The notes under the pieces are model-generated. The model was given only the letters and a program-made list of their open reading frames with translations, did no database searches and was not told where the DNA came from. Of a stretch of DNA of 64,000 nt, positions 10,347 to 19,819 are shown piece by piece (positions within the stretch are counted from its first letter, which is position 1; the number at the start of each line of letters is the position of its first letter). This stretch comes from an uncultured Clostridia bacterium (GTDB lineage: Bacteria; Bacillota; Clostridia; Tissierellales; Dethiosulfatibacteraceae), in assembly GCA_927435965.1 (NCBI GenBank), contig CAKMKB010000144.1, positions 2,079-66,078 of the forward strand. Direction: 5' to 3'. Both the position numbers and the translations under genes were made by a program.

Positions 10347-11129
10347 CTATTTCAGAAAGGATTGAATGAGTCTTTTGGCATAAGGATTCTGAGGATTGGA
10401 GAGTATTTTTTCGGTACTGCCAATCTCAACAATTTCGCCTTGATACATAACAGCGATTCTATTGCACATATGTTTCACCACATTTAAATCATGGGTAATA
10501 AAAACATAAGTCAAGTCTAGCTCTTCTTTAAGCTTAAGAAGCAGATTCAATATCTGTCCCTGCACTGATACGTCCAGAGCAGAAACCGGTTCATCGCAGA
10601 CAATCACTTTTGCTCTTGTGGCAATTGCCCTTGCAATCAGGATTCTTTGATTTTGACCACCACTCAATTGTGATGGGAACTTGATTTTTTCTGATTTTGA
10701 CAACCCCACCATTTCCAGCAACCGATCTACCTCATCATCTATCTGATTCTTTGCAACCACCTGATGTATTTCAAGGGGTTCTCTTAGAAGCTCTTCAATT
10801 GTCATTTTTGGATCAAGTACTGCATGGGTGTATTGAAAAATGATTTGGATGTCTCTTCTGTTTAATCGCATGGATTCTTCACTCAAGTGCGTTATGTCTT
10901 TACCCAACAGCTCAATTCTTCCTTCACTCGGTTCGATCAGTTTAAGCAACAAATTGGCAATAGTCGTTTTTCCCGAACCGCTTTCTCCAATCAGACCCAG
11001 TGATTCTCCGGATTTTACTTCGAAGCTTACTTTTTTTACCGCTTCAATGGTTTTCTTTTTTGAAAAAACGTTGTTTCTGATAATAAAGTGTTTTGAAAGG
11101 TCTTGTACCTTTAAAGCAATATCAGACAT
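10347..11129 (-). CDS. ABC transporter ATP-binding protein, OppF/DppF-like
   Basis: Walker A GESGSGKT, signature LSGGQNQR, Walker B VIVCDEPVSALD. Confidence 0.9.
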   Translation of the reverse strand: MSDIALKVQDLSKHFIIRNNVFSKKKTIEAVKKVSFEVKSGESLGLIGESGSGKTTIANLLLKLIEPSEGRIELLGKDITHLSEESMRLNRRDIQIIFQYTHAVLDPKMTIEELLREPLEIHQVVAKNQIDDEVDRLLEMVGLSKSEKIKFPSQLSGGQNQRILIARAIATRAKVIVCDEPVSALDVSVQGQILNLLLKLKEELDLTYVFITHDLNVVKHMCNRIAVMYQGEIVEIGSTEKILSNPQNPYAKRLIQSFLK

Positions 11130-11133
11130 TTGC

Positions 11134-12093
11134 TCACCTCTTTTTAAACTTGATGCATCTAACTTTGCGGTTGTCCACTTCTACCATCTTTGGAATATCT
11201 ACAATGCATTCTGGCAATCTTTGTTTACATCTTGAAAAAAACGGACATTCGTTTGTAAACTGTAAAGGAGTAGGGGCAGTACCTTCAAGGGTATAAACAG
11301 GACTGTCTCCACGATTCAATGAACTGGCACATTTGATGAGCTCGCCAGTATACGGATGAAGTGGTTTTTCAAATATGTCACTCACAGACCCTTCTTCCAT
11401 TACCAGCCCTCCATACATGATAATTAGTCGGTCACACAGATACTTTGCCACATCAAAATCATGAGTAATGAGTATAATAGCCATACCTGATTTTTGATTT
11501 ATATTCTTTAATAAATCAAGCACAGTTTTCCTTAGAGAAGCATCAATGGAACTTGAGGGTTCATCGGCAATTAACAAGTCCGGTTTGCTGATTATTCCTT
11601 GAGCGATCATAATTCTCTGATTTTGGCCACCGCTTAATTGAAATGGGTACATGTCATAAATAGTATCAGCCTCTTCAAGCCCAACTTCCTTTAGAACATC
11701 CAATACAACGGTTCTGGAAAAAGGCAGTTTGTGATTTTTCAAGACCTCTGTCAACTGTAGTCCAATCTTCTTATAAGGATTCAAAGCACTGGAAGCATTT
11801 TGAAACACATAAGAAATTCGATTGCCTCTTATCTTTCTGTATTCCTTCTCTGAAAGTGATAGAAGATTTGTGCCCTTAAAAATTACGGTACCGGAGTCGA
11901 TAGATCCCGCTTCATCTTCTAATCTAAGAATGGAGGTTGCAGAAACAGTTTTCCCGCTGCCGGATTCTCCGAGAATTCCCAAAATCTCTCCACTAACCAT
12001 ACTCAGATCAAATCCTCTAACCACTTGAATGTTTTCGTTTTCTTGATAAAAAGAAACTATTAAATTTTTGACTGCAATGAGTTTATCATCCAT
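11134..12093 (-). CDS. ABC transporter ATP-binding protein, OppD/DppD-like
   Basis: Walker A GESGSGKT, LSGGQNQR, LLIADEPSSSID; C-terminal Opp-type extension with Cys cluster CPFFSRCKQRLPEC. Confidence 0.9.
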   Translation of the reverse strand: MDDKLIAVKNLIVSFYQENENIQVVRGFDLSMVSGEILGILGESGSGKTVSATSILRLEDEAGSIDSGTVIFKGTNLLSLSEKEYRKIRGNRISYVFQNASSALNPYKKIGLQLTEVLKNHKLPFSRTVVLDVLKEVGLEEADTIYDMYPFQLSGGQNQRIMIAQGIISKPDLLIADEPSSSIDASLRKTVLDLLKNINQKSGMAIILITHDFDVAKYLCDRLIIMYGGLVMEEGSVSDIFEKPLHPYTGELIKCASSLNRGDSPVYTLEGTAPTPLQFTNECPFFSRCKQRLPECIVDIPKMVEVDNRKVRCIKFKKR

Positions 12094-12118
12094 TTGAATA
12101 CTCCTTATGGAATAGTTA

Positions 12119-14380
12119 TCAATAATTATTATTATTGATAACTTCTAAAACAATGCTTCCTAAACTCTCCAACTCCCAAGAATTGTTGTCTGCTTTCAAT
12201 GTTCCCAATACGACTGTGGGTATTCCTCTGTTCCAGAAAAGTGCATTGTCTGAATCACGTTGAGTGAAATAATATGAACCGTCTATGTACTTAGTCTCCA
12301 ACAGTTGGATTGGATATCCCTTTTGATTAAGCTTTGATTCAAATTGATGACCGAGGCTCCATGCAAATTGTCTTGTTAAAGGGGCTTGCGCTGTGCTAAA
12401 TTCAATTGCCCCAAAGCGTTCATGATTAATTGACGTTAAATCCACATAAACTTGAATCTTTTGAGGACTATATGGAAAGTCCTTTGAAATATAATTAATC
12501 CCATGCTGTTTTTCATTGATCGTTCCATCAAGGAACAAGAATATGAAAGATCTTTTTTGGTCAGACATTTCACATAGCCGTTCCATAAGTTTCATATTGA
12601 ATTTCAATACTTCTCTACCTTCTTGATTTAAGTAATTGAAACTCATACCAACAACTATCGCCTCATCGCTAATATGAGGGTCAGTGCCATGGTGGATTCC
12701 TACCACATTATAACCAGTTGAAGTCAATGGCTTGACGACCGTCGTAATAGAAATCATTATGCCTGGATTTTCTTTTAGTGTTTGTGAAATCTCTTGAGAT
12801 ACAACAATTACAACATTGTCTTCATCAGCATCAACAATCATGTTTTGAATAATCTGACCCGATCGAGCAACAAGTATAACACCCTTTACACTAACATTAT
12901 CAGTAATTGTTTTTATGATGTGTTGAATAGCTGTATCACTATAATATAATTGATCAATCAACAAGAACTTGTTCTCAAATTGATTGTAACTTCCGATTTT
13001 GTATAAGTCATCCTTGGTGGCGTCATACACGACTCCAGATTCAGCGATGTTCCCGGAAGTCAAAATAGCATAATCCGTTCCTGGGTTTAAAATGTGTTCT
13101 CCACTTTCCAGGCGCAATGACATCATCTGTTCTTCAATCAAAAAAGATGCGCCGATATCATATGGCATTAACAGACTGTCCTTGTTCAATGGCTCAATAC
13201 CCAATCCAGACATATAATCTGCGATAAAATTAGCAGTATTAGCTGCCGCTTCTGTTCCAATTATAGTTGTCTCTGGCAGTTTGTTTTCTATAGAGGCGTA
13301 TCCGACGCTGTAATCCTCATAGTTGATTAACGAGAAGAATCCAATCGACAAGGTCAACATTGTTATCCATAATGCAATTTTGACTTTAGATTTCTTGTCA
13401 ATATTGGTCCGTAAATATTTAAAGTCCAGGGTTATTATTTTTCTAAATGCAAGAACGGATCGGGAATCTTTTTTTTGCATCATTGTCCTGAGTCCTTCCC
13501 CAAACAGATTAAAACCAAGTACACTTATAAAAAAGGCGAGAGCGGGATAGATTACTGTCCAAGGAGCGATACTGATTAATGTCCGTGATGTACTCAACAT
13601 GCTTGCCCACTCTGGCTCAAAGCTGATATCAGTATTAATCTGTATTCCTGAGGACGGGTCGTTAATCAATCCTAAATTTCCAATAAAAACTGAAAAAATT
13701 CCAAGTTGCATCAGTGTGGAAAGATTTCTTGCGATTTCCATAAAAAACAAAACAATAAGTTCTGGTGCAAGATGGGGCAACACATTTTCAATAGCAATTC
13801 TAAAATGCTTCTTTCCTATAGCTACTTCACCTTTAATAAAAGGCTGTGTCAATATTGTTTCTACTCTCTCCATGATAAGATTGCCTAGTCTAGCCCAACT
13901 GACAGCAGTTAACACCAAAATGAATGACAAGATAGACTGTTGTTTTTCAAGTCCAACGAAGTAATCCAACTTTAATATGATAATGGCAATCAATAAAGCC
14001 GGAATTGCAGAAAATATAACGTTGAACTGTTGGATGATAGACTTAGCGATTCTACTACCAAAGCCTGCATATAAGGCTATAGGCACTGCAATTAGAAATT
14101 GTCCAAGTGCGATAAAAACGCCTAATGATATAGTCAGTCTAGTGCCATAAATAATATAGCTATATATATCTCTACCTAAATGGTCACTACCGAAAATAAA
14201 ACCATCATCTGGAGAAAAAGGAGCGCGCTCTACTGATAGGCTTCCCTCATCATGAAGGAACCTTAAGTGCTGAATCGTGTAGGGGCTTTGACTGGCAAAC
14301 ATATCCGGAAAGAGCATTACTAATAGAATCAACATTAGAATAGTAACACCTAAAATCAGAGGTAAATTTCTTCTGCTCAT
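12119..14380 (-). CDS. OppC/DppC-like ABC permease fused to an extra TM helix and a ~430-aa C-terminal extracytoplasmic M28/PA-like domain
   Basis: N-terminal third carries the OppC signature PFSPDDGFIFGSDHLGRDIYSYIIYG and multiple TMs. After VKIALWITMLTLSIGFFSLI comes a soluble domain with a PA-like insert (KFLLIDQLYYSDTAIQHII..VKGVILVAR) and a degenerate peptidase core (YNVVGIHHGTDPHISDEAIVVGMSFNY; FIFLFLDG). Confidence 0.75.
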   Translation of the reverse strand: MSRRNLPLILGVTILMLILLVMLFPDMFASQSPYTIQHLRFLHDEGSLSVERAPFSPDDGFIFGSDHLGRDIYSYIIYGTRLTISLGVFIALGQFLIAVPIALYAGFGSRIAKSIIQQFNVIFSAIPALLIAIIILKLDYFVGLEKQQSILSFILVLTAVSWARLGNLIMERVETILTQPFIKGEVAIGKKHFRIAIENVLPHLAPELIVLFFMEIARNLSTLMQLGIFSVFIGNLGLINDPSSGIQINTDISFEPEWASMLSTSRTLISIAPWTVIYPALAFFISVLGFNLFGEGLRTMMQKKDSRSVLAFRKIITLDFKYLRTNIDKKSKVKIALWITMLTLSIGFFSLINYEDYSVGYASIENKLPETTIIGTEAAANTANFIADYMSGLGIEPLNKDSLLMPYDIGASFLIEEQMMSLRLESGEHILNPGTDYAILTSGNIAESGVVYDATKDDLYKIGSYNQFENKFLLIDQLYYSDTAIQHIIKTITDNVSVKGVILVARSGQIIQNMIVDADEDNVVIVVSQEISQTLKENPGIMISITTVVKPLTSTGYNVVGIHHGTDPHISDEAIVVGMSFNYLNQEGREVLKFNMKLMERLCEMSDQKRSFIFLFLDGTINEKQHGINYISKDFPYSPQKIQVYVDLTSINHERFGAIEFSTAQAPLTRQFAWSLGHQFESKLNQKGYPIQLLETKYIDGSYYFTQRDSDNALFWNRGIPTVVLGTLKADNNSWELESLGSIVLEVINNNNY

Positions 14381-14382
14381 TT

Positions 14383-16772
14383 CTATACCTCCTTTCTCTT
14401 CATAGGATTTATGATTTTTGCCAGCAGTTGGAAGCTTTTTGTAAGTATTATAAAGATGAGTCCCAATGTCAAAGCAAGCGGTACGAACCGATATACATCC
14501 TGACGATTATAAAGGTAAATTAGGAAGTAAAGGATCCCATGGTAATTGAATAAATACTCGACAACAATCATATTGGATAGTAACATTGTGACAATGGTCG
14601 GCATAGCATCGACAATTCTAAAAATTACAGCTGGCAGCAATTCAATAAATATGATTTTTTTCCTGGAAAAGCCTTTGGCTTTTTCGTTTTTAATGTAATC
14701 TTTCGTCAACTCTTCTTGAATGGCAATGAATGCAATCCTTGATATATAAATTGTTGGTATAATGGATAATGTAAATAGTGGAAGGATAAAGTTTTTAAGC
14801 GGTAGCATATCCTTCAAGGCAGGAAACTGTCGAGCAAAACCTGTATACATCAATAGAACAAACAATACAATAAGAACATCTGGGATAGAAAAAAACACAA
14901 GAGTGCCAAGAGATCCCAATCTTGATTTTCTTGAACGATATGCTTCATACATTCCCCGGAGAACACCTAATATCGTGGATAAAAATAATGATACGGTTAC
15001 TAGAGCAACGCTCAGCTTGCTAGAATTATATATAACTTTAAAAATATTACCTACTGAATCAGAACCATATATCCCGGCATCCAACATGTTTCGAAAAAAT
15101 AGAATACTTCTTTTCAATGACAGATAAAGAGAGACATTTGTTACGTTTTCTCCGTTGATTATTTTCATATCTGCATCAGTGTCAATATTTGCAAGCACAG
15201 CCAACATGAATATTGCTAATAAATAGGGGAATACATTAGCGTAGAATTTCCTTAGTAGCATATTTGGAGTTGAAAAGTATAGGGCTTCCCATGATTGACC
15301 AGGAATTTTTAACTTTGAGTTTTCAGTATAACCCTTGCTGATAGTATAACTGATCAAACCTCCTAAAATAAGAAATAAGAATAGATTTTTTTCAAAAGAT
15401 CCAAGATAATCTAGACTTACGTCTTTAAAAACATCTCTTTTTATGAAGGTTGCCAATATTTTTGCTGCATTATCAATAACAATTACATCTACATTATCAA
15501 ACTGATCTTCATAAGCATCAATCACACGGCTATTATCAGTTAGTAAAACAGATGGCACTTTTTTATCTGAAAATTGTGTAATCACGCCATATGCACTTGA
15601 CCTCATCTCAAGAGTTAGATTGTCATCCATGGCGTATTTCATAATCCTATCTCGTATGACAGAGCCGTTAATTGGATCAGAAGCAATAACCAAACCCATT
15701 ACTGTTTTTTTTCCAATGGATTCAATCTGGATAACAGTTGTCTTATCAAGCGGATGTAGAGCATTATTTGTGTAGTATTCCGATCCAGAAAGTTGTTGTT
15801 TTTGTCCATTCCACCCAGCAAATATTACTGTTTCGAAAGGCAAAGATTCCTGGTTGGACATAACTCTAGCTATTTCAAGCATTATTGCCAATCCCGAAGT
15901 ATTGTTGACAGCACCTGGAAAATGATTACCATTTGTACCTACCCCCAGTCCATCAATATCTGTTGAAATAATTAATATATTATTATTGGTAGATTTTCCT
16001 TCAATCTTACCAAAAAATTTGCAGTGTCTACAATAGGGTAGTCAATATCCACCTTGATGTTCATGATCTTCTCGGGTGCTGACTTCATGTATTTGTATGT
16101 ATCTGTTGAGACATACCCAACTAGAATAGAATCACCGGTTTTCCCAGCAACATTGAGAGATTTTGTTTTTTCAAATTCTTTAAAAAGACCAAACGAGCTC
16201 GAATCAGCACTACAGAGAACGCCCTTTCCTCCTGATTCTATAATGTGAGTCACAATCCTTGGTGTTATCTGGTTGTATTCGATTACTGCAATCCGATTTT
16301 TGATTTCAGAAGGATCAACCCTTAAGAAATCAGATCCAAGAACAATATATTCTCCTTGAAATAAAGTACTTCCGCCATTTGGAGACATAACGACGCTGTA
16401 ATCTCTATACATCTCAAAACTCTTATCAATTGTTCCATCGTTATTCATTATCGTAAAGACTGGTTCTGAATCAACTTGGGGAATAAGTACCGAAAAAGGT
16501 TGAAAGTAAGTTTCATCCACACCAGCTGGCTGAACTCCAATCTCTTGAAAATATGTTTGTATATAATTAAGTGCCTTATCATTCCCCGCACTTCCAGCTA
16601 AACGTCCACCATATTCTGAGGATGTCAACTCTCTTATATGGTTCATTATGTTGTCGGTGTTGAGTTGTGCTTCATCAAAAACATTTCTGGAATAACGCCA
16701 ATATAGAGATGTAACAAAAATTGCAATCAATACTATTGTGACCAAAAATTTGATTTGTTTAGTTGATTTCAC
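14383..16772 (-). pseudogene. frameshifted gene: TM anchor + M28/PA aminopeptidase-like ectodomain + OppB/DppB-like ABC permease (ORFs 15972-16772 and 14383-15891 joined)
   Basis: The two ORFs are consecutive parts of one M28-like domain. Reading the region between them in the downstream frame gives ..FFGKIEGKSTNNNILIISTDIDGLGVGTNGNHFPGAVNNTSGLAIMLEIARVM. One extra T in the minus-strand T6 run (plus-strand A6 at 16012-16017) restores ..DYPIVDTANFFGKIEGK... The C-terminal half has the permease EAA region DYIKNEKAKGFSRKKIIFIELLP. GTG start at 16772 after AAAGGTGG. Confidence 0.75.
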
Positions 16773-16825
16773 AAATCCGTACCACCTTTATGTAAATTAT
16801 GTTGAATCCATATCCACTCTTCCTG

Positions 16826-16854
16826 ATTTTACATAATAATCACCTTAACTTCAA
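16826..16854 (-). promoter_or_regulatory. candidate sigma-A promoter of the Opp-like operon
   Basis: Minus strand reads TTGAAG - 17 nt - TAAAAT, about 55 nt upstream of the GTG start. Confidence 0.45.
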
Positions 16855-16988
16855 GTCTATTTGACAAGAAACCCTCATTGATATGAAACGATATTTATTT
16901 TTAAATACACTTATTAGATGACAATACTCCGAAATCGGTTTAAAATGTTTATAATACAAAATCAATATCAGAAGCTCAGGAGGTTAAG

Positions 16989-17768
16989 ATGCACATTGAA
17001 CAAACAACTTATGAAAGAATTGAAGCAATGATTGAAAATTATGTGTTGAGAAATATGATTACAGTGGATTCTTTCTGGGAAAAACATATACTAGAAAGTA
17101 ACCATTATGCAGTTATTGATAAAGGAAGTATTATTGGATATTTTTCAATATTCAAGAAACACACCATTACATCGTTCTATTTAGATGATGAATACATACA
17201 ACATGGAAAATCAATATTTGAAAAAATCAAGCAATATGAACAAGTGACCAATGCATTGGTTTCAACCGGAGATGAATTCTTTATCAGCCATTGTGTAGAT
17301 AATTTTGAAAAACTTGAAAAGCAGGCATATTTCTCTATATATGGTAAAAACACATCTGAAACTTTCCAGAGAAAAACCCTCGAACTTGTACAACTACGAA
17401 CTAATGAAGATCTTGAATTATTAAGTCTTGCCGGTGATTTTTTTGCTGAAGATCCTATTGAGGATAGCATAAAAGAAGCAACATATTATAGAATCTACAA
17501 AGTATTGGAGAATGATCATCTGATTGGATTTGGGATTGTTGAGACAGGCCGAGTAATCAAGTCCATCGCCAGTATCGGTATGTATGTTATGGAAGAAAAA
17601 AGACAACAGGGCTATGCAAAAAACATTCTAAAAAATCTTCAAGAGTTGGTAGAATCAGAAGGATTCGAATGCAGATCTGGCTGTTGGTATTACAATCATA
17701 ATTCATTAAAAAGCATGGAAAGTGCTGGAGCGTATTCCAAAACAAGGCTACTAAGGTTTTTCTTTTAA
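16989..17768 (+). CDS. GNAT-like acetyltransferase (two-lobed)
   Basis: C-terminal lobe has a GNAT acetyl-CoA loop-like segment, MYVMEEKRQQGYAKNILKNL; RBS AGGAGG upstream. Confidence 0.6.
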   Translation: MHIEQTTYERIEAMIENYVLRNMITVDSFWEKHILESNHYAVIDKGSIIGYFSIFKKHTITSFYLDDEYIQHGKSIFEKIKQYEQVTNALVSTGDEFFISHCVDNFEKLEKQAYFSIYGKNTSETFQRKTLELVQLRTNEDLELLSLAGDFFAEDPIEDSIKEATYYRIYKVLENDHLIGFGIVETGRVIKSIASIGMYVMEEKRQQGYAKNILKNLQELVESEGFECRSGCWYYNHNSLKSMESAGAYSKTRLLRFFF

Positions 17769-17841
17769 TTATCTAGATTTAGCAATTCAAGTCAAGAAAA
17801 TATTATCATATGCTGATATCCTAGGGAAAGGAGGTGAGAAC

Positions 17842-18750
17842 ATGGAACGGTGGGAAGTAATAAATGCAGTTCAACGCATGCAAAACTATATTCATGAGCA
17901 CATCAATTCTCAAATAACACTTAGTGACCTTGCAAAAGCAGCGGGTTATTCGCAATGGCATGCGGCTAGAATATTTAAAGAACATTTAAGCAAAACACCA
18001 TTTGAGTATTTGAGAGCACTTAGATTGAGTCAAGCCGCATTGCAATTAAGGGATAAACAAACAAAAATTATTGATGTCGCTTTTGACTTTGTGTTTGATT
18101 CCCACGAAGGCTTCACAAGGGCGTTCTATAAGCAATTTGGGATTTGTCCAAAAAAGTATAGTGATAATCCCAAGCCCATTCAACTATTTATGCCCCATCG
18201 TATTCGTGAATATTACCTCACAATTTTAAAAGGAGAGATAGATATGACTGAGAAAAAAACCACAAATACTGTTTTTGTTCAAGTTGTAGAAAGACCAGCA
18301 AGAAAACTGATTTTAAAACGAGGAATTAAGGCAACCCACTATTTTGAATATTGTGAAGAGGTTGGTTGTGATGTTTGGGGAATGCTATCTAGCATCAAAG
18401 AAGCAATGTACGAACCCGCAGGTATGTGGCTCCCGAGTAATCTTATTAAGCCTGGAACATCGAAATACGTTCAAGGAGTAGAAGTTTCAGAACATTACTC
18501 AGGAGAAATTCCAGACGGTTTTGAAATGATTGATTTACCAGCCTGTAAAATGATGGTGTTTCAAGGTGAACCATATGATGATGAGATTTTTGGAGAAGCA
18601 ATCGAGGAATTATGGGCTGTGATGAAGAAGTATAATCCCCAGACTTATGGTTTTGAGTGGGCGGACAATGATGCGCCTAGATTCCAACTTGAGCCACAAG
18701 GATACAGAGGGTATATCGAGGCTAGACCAGTCAAGTTATTGAACCAATAA
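17842..18750 (+). CDS. AraC family transcriptional regulator with GyrI-like effector-binding C-terminal domain
   Basis: Two HTH units (LSDLAKAAGYSQWHAARIFKEH; DVAFDFVFDSHEGFTRAFYKQFG); C-terminal ~150 aa is typical of the GyrI/SOUL-like fold. Confidence 0.8.
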   Translation: MERWEVINAVQRMQNYIHEHINSQITLSDLAKAAGYSQWHAARIFKEHLSKTPFEYLRALRLSQAALQLRDKQTKIIDVAFDFVFDSHEGFTRAFYKQFGICPKKYSDNPKPIQLFMPHRIREYYLTILKGEIDMTEKKTTNTVFVQVVERPARKLILKRGIKATHYFEYCEEVGCDVWGMLSSIKEAMYEPAGMWLPSNLIKPGTSKYVQGVEVSEHYSGEIPDGFEMIDLPACKMMVFQGEPYDDEIFGEAIEELWAVMKKYNPQTYGFEWADNDAPRFQLEPQGYRGYIEARPVKLLNQ

Positions 18751-18762
18751 TTAGTAAAAAAT

Positions 18763-18804
18763 GCCAAAGGAAAGCAGTATAATGCTTTCCTTTGGCGTTT
18801 TTTT
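18763..18804. terminator. bidirectional rho-independent terminator
   Basis: 13-bp perfect stem gccaaaggaaagc / gctttcctttggc, 8-nt loop, with an A-run before it and gttttttt after it. Confidence 0.85.
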
Positions 18805-18835
18805 GATATTCAATATAGAGCAGTGTTTGGAAGCA

Positions 18836-19513
18836 CTAGTTCAGTCTATCTACTTGTTTTTGAAAAGCTAATAAATGACTTTCAGAGCCTTTCTTCAAAG
18901 CAGTGAAAACCTCAAAGACGTTTTCAGGCAAATCATAGGTCAAAAATATTTCATACATTGCAATGTTATCTATCTCTGCTTGTACACCAGTCTGTGCCGC
19001 TTCAAGCAAATTATCAGGCACTACAATATGGTCAATGGAGCTGTCTTCTGGAAAATCAAGTTCATATGATATATAAACTTCTTCTAAAAACGCAAGATGA
19101 CTCTCTTCGGACTTGATGATGTTCGTGTATGGTCTCTGCTTGCCGAATTTGTCAATGATGGACAAATACTCTCCACGTGCCAGGTATTCATCCTGAACCG
19201 CATACATTAACATATCAGTAATGCTTAACGATTGATCCGCCAAAGCACCTGCAGCACCATATCCCTCAAGAGATAATGCTTGATCATCGATAGTAAGTGG
19301 AGTTGGATTCATATCGACATTATGATTGACAGTATCCTGGACTACAGCCATTTGTTCTGTAGTTTCCTGAACTGACGTTGTTGTTTCATTAAATGTTTCT
19401 GATGTATTGCTACAACCTGATAGAATCACTATGCCACTGATCGTAAGTGATATGATTATAAGAACAGCAACAAATTTTTGTTTGGAAATAGATAAAGATT
19501 CATTTACAGACAT
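18836..19513 (-). CDS. lipoprotein with ferritin-like (DUF2202-type) domain
   Basis: Start at MSVNES after AAGGAGG; lipobox ILSGC; ferritin-like repeats DEYLARGEYLSIIDKFG and SEESHLAFLE .. GSESHLLAFQ. Confidence 0.65.
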   Translation of the reverse strand: MSVNESLSISKQKFVAVLIIISLTISGIVILSGCSNTSETFNETTTSVQETTEQMAVVQDTVNHNVDMNPTPLTIDDQALSLEGYGAAGALADQSLSITDMLMYAVQDEYLARGEYLSIIDKFGKQRPYTNIIKSEESHLAFLEEVYISYELDFPEDSSIDHIVVPDNLLEAAQTGVQAEIDNIAMYEIFLTYDLPENVFEVFTALKKGSESHLLAFQKQVDRLN

Positions 19514-19819
19514 TTTGAGTTCCTCCTTAAAGTATTCTGATATGATTATAGAATGAATATGTGTCAAAAATATGGCTCATTGATGACAAAGATAATTGAT
19601 TATACAGATTAATTAGTTGAATTGTTTTTTGATGCTTAAAATGATAAAATGTAGGTCAAACGTGGTTATGAGAACGTATACGATATTCTGACCTGATAGA
19701 GATCGCTACATAACTTACACCAATATGATTCAGTCAGAGTAGATATTAGGTAAGTTGCATGATTAGAAAACGCACTCATACTATAGGAGATGCTATTCTA
19801 TAAGAGAAAGGAGATGAAG

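Noticed and set aside
10840-11296. Plus-strand ORFs (131 aa, 67 aa) opposite the ABC ATPase genes, and similar antisense ORFs at 13323-13964, 14762-15127, 34899-35309, 36180-36983, 3052-3462, 30745-31110, 33186-33527 and 41244-41621
   Set aside because: All lie antisense to genes with strong family signatures (Walker motifs, P-type ATPase motifs, MFS, TetR and others). They are typical shadow ORFs of AT-rich genomes.
19568-19789. Long (222 bp) intergenic region with a possible structured leader (aggtca...tgacct) and a 14-codon uORF upstream of the alpha/beta hydrolase
   Set aside because: There are only short, imperfect pairings and no recognisable riboswitch or T-box core. The uORF has a weak RBS. 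This is not enough evidence to call a feature.
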